A DNA stretch of 64,000 nt from Octopus bimaculoides (GCF_001194135.2 NC_068987.1:81346829-81410828), one strand, 5' to 3'. Shown: positions 38,361 through 52,197, counted from the stretch's first letter. Notes: generated from the letters alone by a model not told the origin. Numbers and translations: made by a program.

Positions 38361-39686
38361 TTCATCTTGCTGCTGCTTATGTCAAATATTTTGGAGGACA
38401 TTCATTTTTAAAGTACTTGTTCTAATAATTCAAATTAATCACAGCATAATACCATTGAGTGAGTTACTATAAAAATAGAAACCATGGCTTCAAATCACAT
38501 CCTACCATCTTTAAAAACAAATGGGTGCATTGGATAATGTATTCTAAGATCCTCTGTCTGAACAAAGGAAGTTAGGACGACCATAACTGGGATGAATCTG
38601 AGCATAGATCTGTTTGTTTGACTGAGGAATATTTAGTAGTAAATAACATCGATTGCAGCAAATGCATAATTCAAATGTAAGCTATTGCACTGAAAGAAAA
38701 TCTCAGTTACTCTTATTCTAATGTATAAATATATTTAATAAATATATTGATTTAAATGTTTTAAAGATCATGTGTGAAAATAAATTATTTATATTTGTGT
38801 AAAATAAGAGTAAATTGTCTGAAATCATTCTTTGTTTGTGAATGATGTTCATCTCTAAATAATAGATAGTAAACATATTTATTTGATCTGTTCTTCAATA
38901 TTTCCATTATTGTTTCATAAATTTCAAAGCTGTCATTTGCCTTGTTTATAACCACTTAGCTGATGAATTAGCAGAGAGCTTTACGTAAAAAGCTTGTGAT
39001 ATATAGATGCAGCTCTTTCCTTTCTGAGTCTAAATCCTTTTAAGATCAGCTTTGCCTTTCAACAGTCTAGGGTGAGTAAAATAAAGTGCCAATGATGTAC
39101 TGAGTGGGGGTCTATTTAATATTCCTATAAACTATTTTAGATGAAAATACAGTTATTGCAGAAAGCTTAGAAGACTTTGATATTATGCTTATGATGAAGC
39201 CTTAAAAAATGTGTACCACTGTTTGAGAAGGTGGAGCTCGTAAGATAGTAGAATCATTAAATGCAGTAATCATTTTCCTTTCTTTCTCCATAATATAGCC
39301 ATATTCCTGATAAAATACTTACAAGCACACCTGTAAGTATGAAGCATAAATATTTAGTATTGAGGAGAAATTAGGTCTGTGATTAGATCATTGGTATTTT
39401 CTTGCAGTTTGGAATGAAAATCAAACTGGCTAGTTTCACTGTATTTTATTACTCATCAGGATTCATTCATCCCTCCCTTCAAAAGATGCTGAACTGAAAG
39501 ATATTTAATAAAATTTAAACAAGATTATATCAAGTAAGTCTTATTTACACAATGATACTTAAAAAATGTAGGTCTCTGCTAACCAACATTTGGCAATTTT
39601 AACTGGAAAGAAAATATAAACAAAGTCCTCTATGTCATGAGAAATGAGAAAAATCAACTCAGATCAATCCTTATTCCAGGCTGGTG

Positions 39687-39692
<6 letters not shown>

Positions 39693-39753
<61 letters not shown>

Positions 39754-39765
39754 GCAACACACACA
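39693..39765. repeat. (CT)n(CA)n microsatellite
   Basis: Directly visible. Confidence 0.95.
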
Positions 39766-39852
39766 CAAGGTGCAATGGGTAAACTGTTGTCATGTAATAT
39801 TTTTTATTTCGCACATGCACATAGTTTGTTTTTGATTTTGTTGACTACACAG

Positions 39853-40615
39853 TATAGTACGGTCAGTTGGGCACCGTCTGTGAGAAAAACAGCACTATGA
39901 CACAATTGACTCTGCCAGAAATTTGGAAATGACATGTTGTACTGCTTGGCATTCTCATCAGAAGAGATAAAAACTGCACTGGGAGTGGTAAAAATCACAC
40001 TGAGTGTGATAAAAATCAAATATCCAGTCATCATCATGGTGTTTAAAGTGATCATGAGTGATAGCGACGTTATACCTCCATTCATCTCACACTCAACACA
40101 GGGGCTTACATTAAGTGCCTGGAGGAGGTCGTGCTGCCCTGAGTCAAGAGGATGGCTGCTGGAAGACCCTATGTCTGGCAATAGGACTCTGTACCGTGCC
40201 ACACAAGCTGGAGAACCCAGTCATGACTGTCAAACAATTTCTGCGACCACATCACCCCCAACATTTGGCCACCCTACTCCTCAGACTGCAACCCCCATTG
40301 ATTATTATATGTGAGGTGCAGTTGAGTGAGGGATCAACAAAACTCCTTGTAACACTAAAGATGAACTGAAAGCAAGGATTATGGCAGCATTCACCAACTT
40401 AAACTAGGAGACTGTCCAGAAGAGCTGCAGGAGATTCTGAAGTCATCTGGATGCCGTGATTGAAGCCAATGGCGATTTTATTGAATAAATTTACTCTTTA
40501 GTATTTTAAGATATCTTTATATAATTTTGGTAAATATATCTGTTAAAATGAGAAGTCAGTGTCATTTTCATTTTTGCATAATTTAGACGACAGTTTATTC
40601 ACCGCACTCTGCATA
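39853..40615 (+). mobile_element. Tc1/mariner DD37D (maT-type) relic, internally deleted
   Basis: YIKCLEEVVLP*VKRMAAGRPYVWQ*DSVPCH...IWPPYSSDCNPIDYY (37 residues between D's) and TKDELKARIMAAF...LDAVIEANGDFIE*. Several Trp codons are mutated to TGA; degenerate TIRs. Confidence 0.88.
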
Positions 40616-41215
40616 TATATAAAATGAATGTATTTAAGCACAAGATCTAATTTCACTGTGAAACTAAATACATATGTATATGACTCCATGCTTATACATA
40701 ACTCATACTGTAGTAGCTACCTTAGTTATAATATCAGTATCTAAGAATTTTGGTCCAATACAGACATTATACATTCAATTAAAATTATTTGAACATTTAA
40801 CCAAAACATTTCTATATTAGGTTATTATTCATGACATCTTTTGGTTTATGTAATTGTCTATTCTTTGCCACTAACAAATTCAATTCATAATAATTTGTTT
40901 GCTATTAATTTAATTTCTAATATAAAAAAAACTAATAACCCATTCATAGAAAATGATTACTTTTGATTACAACAATTTAATTTTCTGTATATTCATGTAA
41001 AAAGATGACATTCAAAATGCCATGTGTCTATATATGAATATACAGAAAAGAAGTTAATATTAATTGAGGTATCATGAATAAAATATAAAAATTTAGTTAA
41101 CATTTAAAAAAACGTAGAAATATTTACAAGTTTTAGACAAGAAAGAAAATGTTATTTCTTGCTTTTGGGAAACATTATATTGAGCATTCTTCTAAAAGCA
41201 GTTTAATGTGCAAAG

Positions 41216-41255
<40 letters not shown>

Positions 41256-41305
41256 GTTTTTGTTTTGTAGAAAGTTTCCTTAAGCAAACTTTTTTATAAA
41301 ATAAT

Positions 41306-41378
41306 ATGGCTAATTCCGTATCACCACTACCACCACCTCCAGTACTACCACCACCACCATGTGATGTAGATCTCCGAG
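41306..41378 (+). CDS. Candidate start-codon exon (MANSVSPLPPPPVLPPPPCDVDLR)
   Basis: Strong acceptor tttttgttttgtag before 41271, upstream in-frame TAA, aatATGG context, donor GAG/gtacat. It could instead be a decayed (CCA)n run or the antisense of the long minus frame. Confidence 0.2.
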
Positions 41379-42415
41379 GTACATTCTCTTTTACATAATT
41401 TTTAGCTTCGTAATTTGAATAATCATTTAGTAAATTACCTATCAAGATAATATAGGAAAAGAATTTTTTCCTGTAAAATAGATGATGAAGTTTATTTTCT
41501 ATAATGTACATAACTTAATACTTTAAAATTTCTTTAATGGCTACATTTTTAATGAAAATTCCTGAGCTGTTTTCTATATTTCTCTTATACACACTTATGT
41601 ATATATTTATTATCTCTTTCACCAAGTCACAAGTTAAGATGCTTGCTGTGGTATTTGACATTTTGTGGCAACCTCTTTTTTCATGTTTTTGGTATGTTTC
41701 AAAGTTTATTTCTGTAATCCAAAAGTGAATAATCCCTCTGATTATGCAAAGCATTGTGATCAACAGAGAAGGAAAAAGTATGTGTAGGTGTAGATGTAAC
41801 TGTTTAGTTCAATACATATGTGTATGCATCTGAGAGTTTCTCTATTAACATCACTCACGCACATAGATGCACACACATATTTGTGTAGTTATGTAAGTAT
41901 TTGTATCTGAAGTTTCCCCACAAACTTGACTTTCCAAGTCTTAAAAGAGGCAACAAGACTTACAAATTTGTATGTATATTGTGTCAATTTATGAGTCAGT
42001 ATGCTTGTGTATCAGGTAGGTGTGTGTGTGTATTTGTAATATTTGGTATTAATGCAGAATGTAACGAATAGGTATGTAAAAGAGATATGCAATAATTTAG
42101 CTGATTCATGAGAAAAAATGAGGTAAGGAAGTAAAGAAAGTAGTCGGCGATGAGGTAGATACAAGACATAAGAGGAGCAGCAGTACTGGTGGATGCCAAT
42201 ACTGCCAGAGGTAGCAGTGCAAAGAAATTGTGAGTAGTAAATAAGGCATGATGGGATGAAGTGATGTGAACTGTAGGAAGGAGAAATTAGTAGGTTTGCA
42301 AATGATTCAACTAGAAAGAGTGGAGTAGTTTATAGAGATGGAGATAACAAAGAGAGTTATAAGAGAGGATGAATGATGGTGTATTTGAAAAATAGAGTAG
42401 AATAGAAGGAATTAA

Positions 42416-42637
42416 TCCATTTACATTTAAACTGGCCTTAACTGGCCCAAATATTCTCCCTTTTTTATGTGTTCAAACGTGCCAGATCCAGCCTCTCACA
42501 CCTACTCTACAATGTCTTTCTAAAAACAAACCGTCATATCATCAAAATCTGAAAGCTACTACATAATGCAGGATTAATGCAAAACAATGTGAATAAATAA
42601 GCATTACATTTGACTGAAAAATCTGAATGCTAAAGGG
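42416..42637. mobile_element. piggyBac-type MITE
   Basis: TTAA on both sides (42412-15, 42638-41); the right end gaatgctaaaggg and the left end tccatttacattt form imperfect TIRs. Confidence 0.75.
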
Positions 42638-42989
42638 TTAAGCTACTGATAGATAAGGTAAGTCGTAAAGATAGAGTTGTTGTTGCATTGATCATATCAC
42701 TCAGGTTTGGGCTCAGTGAAATGGGTGAAGATTTGGGCCTTACCTTGTCCAGTAAACTGATTGCTGTAGTTGGGGTTCTTATCCTAGTTCCAATGACCAA
42801 TTCAGTAATCTGTTGATAGACATTCCCAGGAATAGGAGAAGCAGTTTAGAGAATGAATTGGTTCCTAAATTTTATTTCATCACACCTCATTTATACTTTA
42901 CCTTCTATCATAACTTCTCACAATTCTTTTGCTTTAGCCCTACCCTATATCCATGACTCTAACTTTTATTCATGTCACATTAAATTGTT

Positions 42990-43430
42990 TGCTACATCAA
43001 ACAACATTGTTATCTCCATTCAGCTATTGATACTAGTTACTGTTGTACCTACACTGTTGACTGTGCTTCCACCTTTGTGCTTCATATTTATCCTACTGCT
43101 TACCAACTTCATTTTCCCCTAATCTTCCCACTTCACCTCTCCAATGCACATCACATGACTCATCCATCTCCTGTAGATTAACTTTGCTATATTCCCTGCA
43201 TACCCACTGTTTTTATTTTGATGCAGATGCACTTTCCATGAACTTATGGTCCATAGTTCTTTTGTCATTTACCACGTATACTTTGGATGCATTACCTGTT
43301 CTCATCCACACTGCCTGTCCTTTCATCCAAAAACAACACGACACTGCACAGCCCTAACACTTCCTTCTATTTTCAACCATTTACCCTGTAACATGTAAAA
43401 CATTGTTGAGTGCTGATTGTATAACTTGTT
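42990..43430 (-). mobile_element. Decayed RTE LINE C-terminal relic
   Basis: Reverse complement frame IYRRWMSHVMC resembles the RTE motif RRLRWYGHVMR. Confidence 0.45.
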
Positions 43431-43725
43431 TTATATTGGAGAAAACGGTAGAAGATTGACAGTTTGATCAGTAGGGAAAATTTTAAATGTCTGACTTAGC
43501 AACACTAGATCCAGCATCTCTCTATTTGTTTTACATCATGGATCAATTGCCCTTTATTAGTGCTATGATCAACAGCTAACCCCTACGCACAAGTCACCCA
43601 AATGGAATTAATAATCATCTTGTTTTCCTTTAGTAACATTACCTGCCAACTAACACTGTCATACACTGTTAAATACTCTCTTGTGTGATTCACAAACCCT
43701 CTCTATTCTCACACGCACATGCATA

Positions 43726-43729
<4 letters not shown>

Positions 43730-43804
<75 letters not shown>

Positions 43805-43815
43805 ATGTATGTATG
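43730..43815. repeat. (TA)n(TG)n(TATG)n microsatellite
   Basis: Directly visible; explains ORFs 43681-44004 and 43685-43891. Confidence 0.95.
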
Positions 43816-43878
43816 TCACAAACCCATACCATTAAGCCTCTTTCGCATCACCTACATATCAATATGCACCTATATAAA

Positions 43879-44091
43879 GGTGGCAAGCTAGCACAATCAT
43901 TAGGAGGCTTGACAAAATGCTTAGTGGCAGTTTGTTTGTGTGTATGTTCCGAGTTCAAATTCTGTGGAGGTCAGCTTTGCCTTTCATCCTTTCGGGGTCG
44001 ATAAAATAAGTACCAGTGAAGTACTGGAGTGAATGCAATTGGCTTAGTCTCACACCTGAAACTTCTGGTCTTGTGCCAAAATTTGAAACCA
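43879..44091 (+). mobile_element. SINE family B
   Basis: ggtggcaagctagc...atgcttagtggc...gagttcaaattc...gcctttcatcctttcggggtcgataaaataagtaccag. Confidence 0.85.
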
Positions 44092-45714
44092 GTATACACC
44101 TACATAAACTTGTGCAGCATACTCACTCACACTGCCTTTCAGATACATATTAACCACATGCATTTTCCCCTTTAACTAAGAACTATTTTCCTGGATTTTG
44201 GAAACCATTTCATACTCTCCACTTCCATTCTTAATTTTATCCATTTATCAAGTGGGTTTTTATCATAAAACATTACTTCCACAGAACTCTCTTCTTTCAT
44301 TTTCATCTTTCTTTTTTCTTTCCTTTTTTTATTTTTTGACAAAAGACTGCTGTCTGAAACATTGAACTCACCTCTGTTTCTTCCTTACAACATAAAATTA
44401 ATTTCTTTTTTTTCTTTGTTTCTGGAACTTTTTTGATGTTCTGTCTATAGTATTTACAGCATATATTTGAATAAAGGGCAGACGTAGAGAAAGAATATAG
44501 TGTAGTTAATGGTAATATGGTATTGGCTTTTCAAGGAATTTCACAGAGTATTTATAGAAACACCAAGAAACTACTCTGTAGTTTGAGGAAAAATTTATTA
44601 TTATGTACAAATATCTTTTTTTATAGTAAAACCAATGCAATATACAATGCCAAAAATGAAAATATTTAGCAGCTTATCTCCTGAAAATATCATTGAATAT
44701 TTTCAAAACAAATGCTTAATACATATTGCAAATATTATTTATGTGGACATGCAATGAAACAAAAGCATAACCTCAATATTGATGTTTGCTGCATTTGTTG
44801 TTTATAATAAAATTTATATTTTTTAAAATTCATCCATTATGAGTTATGTTTTCTTTAACCTTTGCATCAGAAATAATTTGTTCTGAATATCTCATGCATC
44901 AGCTGCCCCATGAGATTCTGACATCCAATTATTCTAGTCACCATTGCGGTTTTTGTTTGTTTGTTTGTTTGTTTGTTTTTAATCTAAGCTTCTCTCAATC
45001 CTATTCTTTTTTTCTTCTTTTTTCTCTGTATGTGTCAATGTTTTGTTTTTTCTCATCTTAACCCACTCCTCTTGCTCTCTTGTTACATTCATATGCATGT
45101 TCACATACACACCTCAGTCCACAAATACATGCCTTTCTTTTGAAGGAAATTATACAGGTATATTTTGCTGAATAGTCACTCAATCCCAGGAAGTGTAATT
45201 CCTAATGTTCTTACAGATGTCATGGAAATACATTTTTCTTAGATATTAGTCTTTTGTTGTCTTAAGCTACACATCTGTATGACATCTCTACAAGAGAGTT
45301 TTGAATCCCCTGCAACAAACATGTATACACATACACACACATATACATGCATGTAGGAAAAATATTTATTAGCAATCACAAAATAATAAGCTTTTCACGT
45401 TTATGTATCGATTTTTTTTTATATGGATAAGAAATTTAGTTATAATACTGCACATTTTGACTATCTTAACTTTTTCAATTGCATTGAATATTGATACAAG
45501 CAGGTGTGAGAGGGATCATCTTGATTGGATCAATGCATATTGGTGATCTATCATAAAGAAGAAATTATATGAAATCTTTGAAATTTCTCTGGTAAAACTG
45601 AGTTGCCTACATTTAAATCAACAAATCGACTATGGTACCTTTACACATATTTAAAATTTCTTTCAAAACATTAAATTTTTGAAATGTAGAATTTCTTAAA
45701 TCTTATTTCTTATA

Positions 45715-45839
45715 GGCACTGGCATGATTGTGTGGTAAGGAGCTTGCTTCCTAACCATATAGTTCCTTCAAATATAGCCTCAGGTTAACCAATGCCTTGT
45801 AAGTGGATTTGATAGATGGAAACTAAAAGAAGCCTGTCG

Positions 45840-45870
<31 letters not shown>

Positions 45871-46115
45871 GTATATAGATGTGTGTGTATGTGTGTGTGT
45901 TTATGTGTTTGTGTCTCTGTTTGTCCCCCACCACTGTTTGACGACCAGTGTTGGTGTGTTTACATCCCCATAATTTAGCAGTTTGGCAAAAGAGCCTAAT
46001 AGAATAAAAAAAGAGGCTACCAAACTTTAAAAAAATAAGTACTGGGGATGAGTTCTTCTATTAAAATTCTTCAAGGTGGTGTCCCAGCATGGCCACAGTC
46101 TAATGACTGAAACAG
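45715..46115 (+). mobile_element. SINE family A
   Basis: Head with an internal deletion, (TA)n(TG)n, tail cccagcatggccacagtctaatgactgaaac. Confidence 0.85.
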
Positions 46116-49100
46116 GTAAAAGAAAATGCTGAAAGATATCCAGTTATATCACATTAGATAATGTTCTAACCCTCCTCAAAAAACCATACCAGAATCTTTG
46201 TATTATTTTGAAGATGCCAAATTTTTAATTACAAGATATTTTCACCTACCTTATTAATATACTGTCAAAATATTTAAGCATTGGCGTGGAGGTTATCAAC
46301 TTCAAAGACTGCATGAGAAAAAGTAGCATTGAGTTTAGACCATATTGTACTGCCCTTTTCTTTCCCCTATACTTTAAAAATTTGTTTGTTTTCTATTAAC
46401 TAAACTCTTGAATCAACTTCAGAACACTGTAAGACTGATTATTTCTATCTATTCATTTCTCATTGCATGTCTTTCTTCAATAATGAAACTTGTCTTATTT
46501 TTCTTTCACTGCAGCCTACAGCTTTAGCAATTTAGAGAATGAATTTTATCTTGTACAAATACTTTTTGAAAACTTAAAGTTGAGATTTCTATGGTGATGA
46601 TATAGAAATTTAATGGCTCCAATAAACCATTCATTTATGTATAATTGCTGCATGACCTACTGAAGTTTAGTAAAGAAGGCTTTAGTCTATACATTCTTTA
46701 GTTTAACTAAAGCAAGTTAAAAGAAATGTGTCAACAATGTTTCTAGGATCTTGTAAATTAAACTTGCATTGGATTAATATAAATGTACAGGATATTATTA
46801 TTCTATATGCATAGTGTTAGTATAAGCTGCTATTATATTTCGAAATTTTCATACTTTGAAATTCCTTGTTCATATATTTATAATTTGTAATTCAAATTCT
46901 TTGAAATATTTCTTTATTATATTGAACTACAAAAAGTCAATTCTCAACATTTTCCAATGTATTGTAAGTATACTGCAATAATTTCAACTCTAAATCTTAT
47001 GAAAAGAAAACAAAAATAGTATAATTTCTAAAAACTATCTATATTTTCTTAATAGGTTTTCATATACACTAAGGAAAGCAACAGAAGTGTTATCAAAGTG
47101 TAATCAATAAGAATCAGTCTTGAAATACATTAAACAAAAACAAATACTAACACACCAGTCAGTGCAGACAAAATCAATTGAATAAAAGTGTACAATAAAT
47201 TAATGTTAGGTATTACAAAGAGTAAAGAATTGGTATTGTATTGTGTGTATCAGCTGACCCATCGTCATCCATATTGCAAACAGCATTTATAACACAAGTT
47301 TAACATTCCTTGGATTCTTTACTTTAAAGAGTTTTGTAGAATATGCTAGTGAAGTTGTCTTCCTCACTCATCTTAATTCATTTGTGTTTCTGATATCTTA
47401 CATCAATGAACTTACCACCAAAGGTCAGGTCTCTATGTAAGATGTGTATTCAAAATATCTCAATGAAGGTTATCTCAGATCAGTCTTCCTTTTGTAGTAA
47501 TTCAGAAATTATCACAGGCACAATCTTGATTTCCTCTTCTGAACAGATATTTATTTCATTGAATTCTTTCAACATATATTACTTTAGTTCAACTTTATTC
47601 TGTAAGACAAGCATAGAAATGTTAGCATCATTATAATCAGCAACTCATTGTGGCTTTTGACATTGTTTGTGATTAATGTTTGAAAATGCTTATAGCATAG
47701 ATTCATATGCTTCTTCACGCTTGCATGTCTTGTGCTAAGTGATAGATTGAAACTATTCTCAGATAGAATTTCCTTTTTAAAAATTTCTTTTTCAGTCATG
47801 TAATTCTTCACCTTTTTTTCTTATTAAAAGCAATATAGGTATGATCATTGCCATCAACATCCCCACCACCTCTTCTAAAAGGGAACTGAGACTACTCAAT
47901 AACACCATCACTAAATTTACCTTCATCATCATCTGCTGAAAGGATCAATCAACATAACTAAAAATATATAAAAATAGCATATCAATAATGAAAGGAAATG
48001 TAAAAATACTCCTATTGTTGTGTATGGTGATTGTTGCCAATTAACGGAAAAGTTAAAAAGAGAACTATTAGCTTGAAACTTTAGGATATCAAATTCAAAT
48101 CTTGCCTAGCTCAATTTATGTTTAAAAGAATTTGGGCCATACAGAGAAGATTATTATTACAATAGTTAATAGTAATATTTTAAAAATTTCTTTATTATCT
48201 TACATTATTTTGTTATCCGTGGTTTTAAAATGGTATCAAACTGTAAAACTAAAGATACAATCTCCTTAAAGATATGCCGAATTTTTACCACAGCTATTTT
48301 TGCATGAAATTTGGATGTTCTAAATACTTTCTATTACACCTACCTTTGCATGGAAATAAATTAGTGTAAACAGAGTTATTGTATCCTTAGTTTGAAGCTT
48401 AAATGTGTGTGATACTGATTGATAAAATTTACATGATTGTCTCTGATTTACTGTCAATGTCAATATAATATTATCCCTTAAGATATATAAATTTCCATAC
48501 ACAAAAGTGTTCTTAACTAAGGGCCAAATATTGTCACGATTATTTTTCATATCAAAAGCTTGAATATTTTTCATTTAAAAGTATTATAATGTTCTACATG
48601 TATAGCACTATATAATTCTGTCCTTTTATATTCTAAATTCAAATAATCCCTGGGCTGGCATTGCTTTTCACACTTCTGGGGTTGATAAAATAAATACCAT
48701 TCATGGGGTCAATTCAATTAATTGTACTGGTTTTCTGCAAATTTTTAGTCTAGTAAGAAATCAATATTTTTCATTTCTGATATTAAACGATGTTTAAAGT
48801 TGCATGTTGATATCTCCCCTCTACACTTATTTAGAAGCAAATTGCAGTAGTTTTTATATTAGATTTGATGTGATAAAATGATTTATCTGAGACTACATAT
48901 ATTTCCATTTAAGTATTATTATATTCAAATCAATCTATTACTATTACAATGAACCTTTTAACCTGCCATAGTTGGATATATGACCTTATTTATTTGGTGA
49001 TTTGGGACAAAAGAAAAGAAGTAAAATACAAACCATTAAATGAAATTAACTCTTTGCAGAATTTTATAAGATAATCTCTACTAACTTTAGCTGTTTTATT

Positions 49101-50115
49101 AGAAATCAAATATCTTTATAATTTTTAAGGAATGTTATAGAAAGATGTCAAATTCTTTCATTAGTTTGTCTGTCAGCTGAAACCATATTAAAGCTCCACC
49201 AACATATGATAAATGTTTCGTATTATGGTCTTGTTCCTAGTCAAATCAAATCAATATTTTATATTGTTAGAATAATCATTCTCATCCTTATTGTTATCAA
49301 ACATTATTGCCATTGCCACTACAGTCCTGCCACTTCAGTCAAGAAAAATTCCTAATATACTGTAAATAAACATATTGATAGTCACTGAAGTAAATCTTTA
49401 CAGATAAAAATGTAAATATCAATATACTCATGTTGTCAGTTTTCAAATCACAACCACTGTGCCCCCACCACTTCAATAACATTGACTATTAGCAAAGCAG
49501 TTTCACTTTTTTCATATTGAATGCAATATTCAAGGTCCTTGATTTGTGTATGTTTTGTTTCATTGTTAAAATTATTATTATTATTATTAGAAATATTATT
49601 AAATAGTGCTGAAATTGGCCAAGTCAGTAAAGATTTAAGCTAAATCCTTTAATTATCAAGTTTAATGCATCACTTTTCTTAGTTCACTGTTGGTTAGAGT
49701 TGAATTTGTTAATTGTTTATTTCTAAGTAATATAATTAATTTAATATTGGCAGTTCCCTACAAAACAACTTTCTGCCTACTCAAAAGAAGTTATGCTGGT
49801 TTTAATTTTTCATTTAAGTTAATTCACTTCTCTTACCCTCTTTAATTACCTTTCTCAAAGTAATTAATTTTGTTAATGTTTGAAAATGTAAATTCATGTC
49901 AATAATTACTGTCAAATTGTTGACAGTGCACTCTGGCTTACAGATTTGATTTTCAGTTAGCACTCTGATGACTCTAGTGTGTGTTCTTACTATAATTCTT
50001 TGTCTAATCTGTAAACTATATTTCATACAAGCCAAAAAAGTAACCTCTATGTTGTTGTTTTACCTGCTAGAAACAGCAGCACAGTCTTTTTTAAATTGAT
50101 TACATTTTTTTGTGT

Positions 50116-50500
50116 GGAGGCACAATGGCCCAGTGGTTAGGGCAGCGGACTCGCGGTCATACGATCGCGATTTCGATTCCAGACTGGGCGTTGTGAGTGT
50201 TTATTGAGCGAAAACACCTGAAGCTCCACGAGGCTCTGGCAGGGGATGGTGGCAAACCCTGCTGTACTCTTTCACCACAACTTTCTCTTACTCTTACTTC
50301 CTGTTTCTGTTGTGCTTATAATTCAAAGGGTCAGCCTTGTCACACTGAGTCACGCTGAATATCCCTGAGAACTACGTTAAGGGTACACGTGTCTGTGGAG
50401 TGCTCAGCCACTTGCACGTTAATTTCACAAGCAGGCTGTTCCGTTGATTGGATCAACTGGAACCCTCGATGTCGTAAGCGACGGAGTGCCAACAACAACA
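50116..50500 (+). mobile_element. SINE family C with (AAC)n tail and 12-bp TSD
   Basis: Head ggaggcacaatggcccagtggttagggc...tttcgattcc. TSD acatttttttgt at 50102-50113 and 50501-50512. Confidence 0.93.
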
Positions 50501-51022
50501 ACATTTTTTTGTAAAACGTGAGAATACTATAGATTATATAGCACAAGAAGTGCTACATTGTAAAAAGATGAAGTCATCACTGTTGGAATACCTTTTATCA
50601 TCAGTCTACTTGTTTAGGGCTGACCTGGCTCTGAACAATGGAATAGCAATTTCATTGCATAATGTTATGTAATGATGTTATGTATCTTCTCACACCATAC
50701 AGCTTTTACTTATCTTGATATTAAATATTTGATCAGAATTTCAAAATAGTCTCCTCTCATTTGAATGGGCAGAATTATTTCAGTTCATTTTTGTAAGTCT
50801 CATAAATTACTTGAATGATATGAAAATAATTCATTCATCTAACACTTTAATAGTTTTTATGTGATAGATATCTGAAAAACATAGTGTTTCTCTTACACAC
50901 TGTTATTATGTTATTTGCCTACAGATTCTTTATATATTCTGTAGTAGACTTCTTTAGTAAGACAAAACCACTAGATTTTGGTTTTGTCTTTTATCTTGAA
51001 TGAGTGGACACAAGTTATAGAT

Positions 51023-51269
51023 AGTGGCACGTAAAAGACATCATTTCGAGTGTGGTCGTTGCCAGTACAGCCTGACTGGCCTTCGTGCCGGTGGCACGTA
51101 AAAGCACCCACTACACTCTCGGAGTGGTTGGTGTTAGGAAGGGCGTCCAGCTGTAGAAACTCTGTCAGATCAGATTGGAGCCTGGTGTAGCCACCTGGTT
51201 CACCAGTCCTCAGTCAAATCGTCCTACCCATGCTAGCATGGAAAGCGGACGTTAAACGATGATGATGAT
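51023..51269 (+). mobile_element. RTE-type LINE 3' UTR/tail
   Basis: gtggcacgtaaaag subunits, ttaggaagggcgtccagctgtagaaac, catggaaagcggacgttaaacgatgatgatgat. Confidence 0.85.
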
Positions 51270-51399
51270 ATATTTTCAGGTGAAAGATTCCTTCTTCGTG
51301 AATTGTTTCATTAATACATATAACAAGCATGCAATGAGTTCTTTTCTTACTCTATATGGTTAGCTGTTAGTGTTTGATATCTCTTATCTTTTGTTTTTT

Positions 51400-51873
51400 T
51401 TTTTACTTGTCTTAATCATCAGACTGTTGTCAAGCTGGGGCACCACCTTGAAGGGCTTAGTCAAACAAATTGACCCCAGTACTTGTTTTCTTTTAAAGTA
51501 CTTATTTTATTTGGACTCTTTTGCTGAACCACTAAGTTACAGGAATATAAACAAATAAACACCTGTTGTCAAGTGGTGGTGGTGGTGGATAAAAGCACAC
51601 ACAAATATATATATATCGGTGTGCGTTCAAAGCAATGATTAGTAACATTAGAAAACTGGTATGTTTTTGAATCTCTTTAACAATTCATAATAATGACTTT
51701 TATTACTTTTATTCCTACCTCAGTTCATCTAATTGTATATATCTATCGTTAATTTTCATAAAAAGCCTTTACTTTGTTTGATTTCCAATGTGCATTTTCG
51801 CTTATTTTTCTTCTTACTTTCCCCTCACATTCCCACGTGTAGTTTCTATTTTGTTTTTGTTACATATTTCTAT

Positions 51874-51908
<35 letters not shown>

Positions 51909-51919
51909 CGAGAGAGAGA

Positions 51920-51959
<40 letters not shown>

Positions 51960-52075
51960 CATATATATGATGGGCTTCTTTCAGTTTTCTACTTCCCCAA
52001 GTTGTTATGCCACGGCTCCCTATTCAGTCCCATCGAACCTGAAATGTATGTTGCTTACCACGCAACTATGCTTGA
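51400..52075 (-). mobile_element. Degenerate SINE family A, interrupted
   Basis: 3' part 51400-51615, head 51960-52075, separated by ~350 bp including (TA)n(GA)n. Confidence 0.65.
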
Positions 52076-52095
52076 ACCTATGTAAAAAGTGAGAT

Positions 52096-52197
52096 GCTTA
52101 CACCAAGAATTCACCCACCCAAGTACTAATAGTCTCAACATTGCTTAACGTTGGTGATTGGAGGAGAGCCAGTGCAGGCATCATGATATGGCTGTCA
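52096..52197 (-). pseudogene. 5S rRNA-derived pseudogene/repeat
   Basis: Reverse complement gacagccatatcatgatgcctgcactggctctcctccaatcaccaacgttaagcaatgttgagactattagtacttgggtgggtgaattcttggtgtaagc aligns with metazoan 5S, including box A (gttaagcaa) and box C (gtacttgg.tgggtga). The 3' segment is shortened; a T5 run lies at 52084-52088. Confidence 0.8.

Noticed and set aside
47300-47950. Possible decayed transposase on the minus strand
   Set aside because: No diagnostic DDE or HTH motif could be read.
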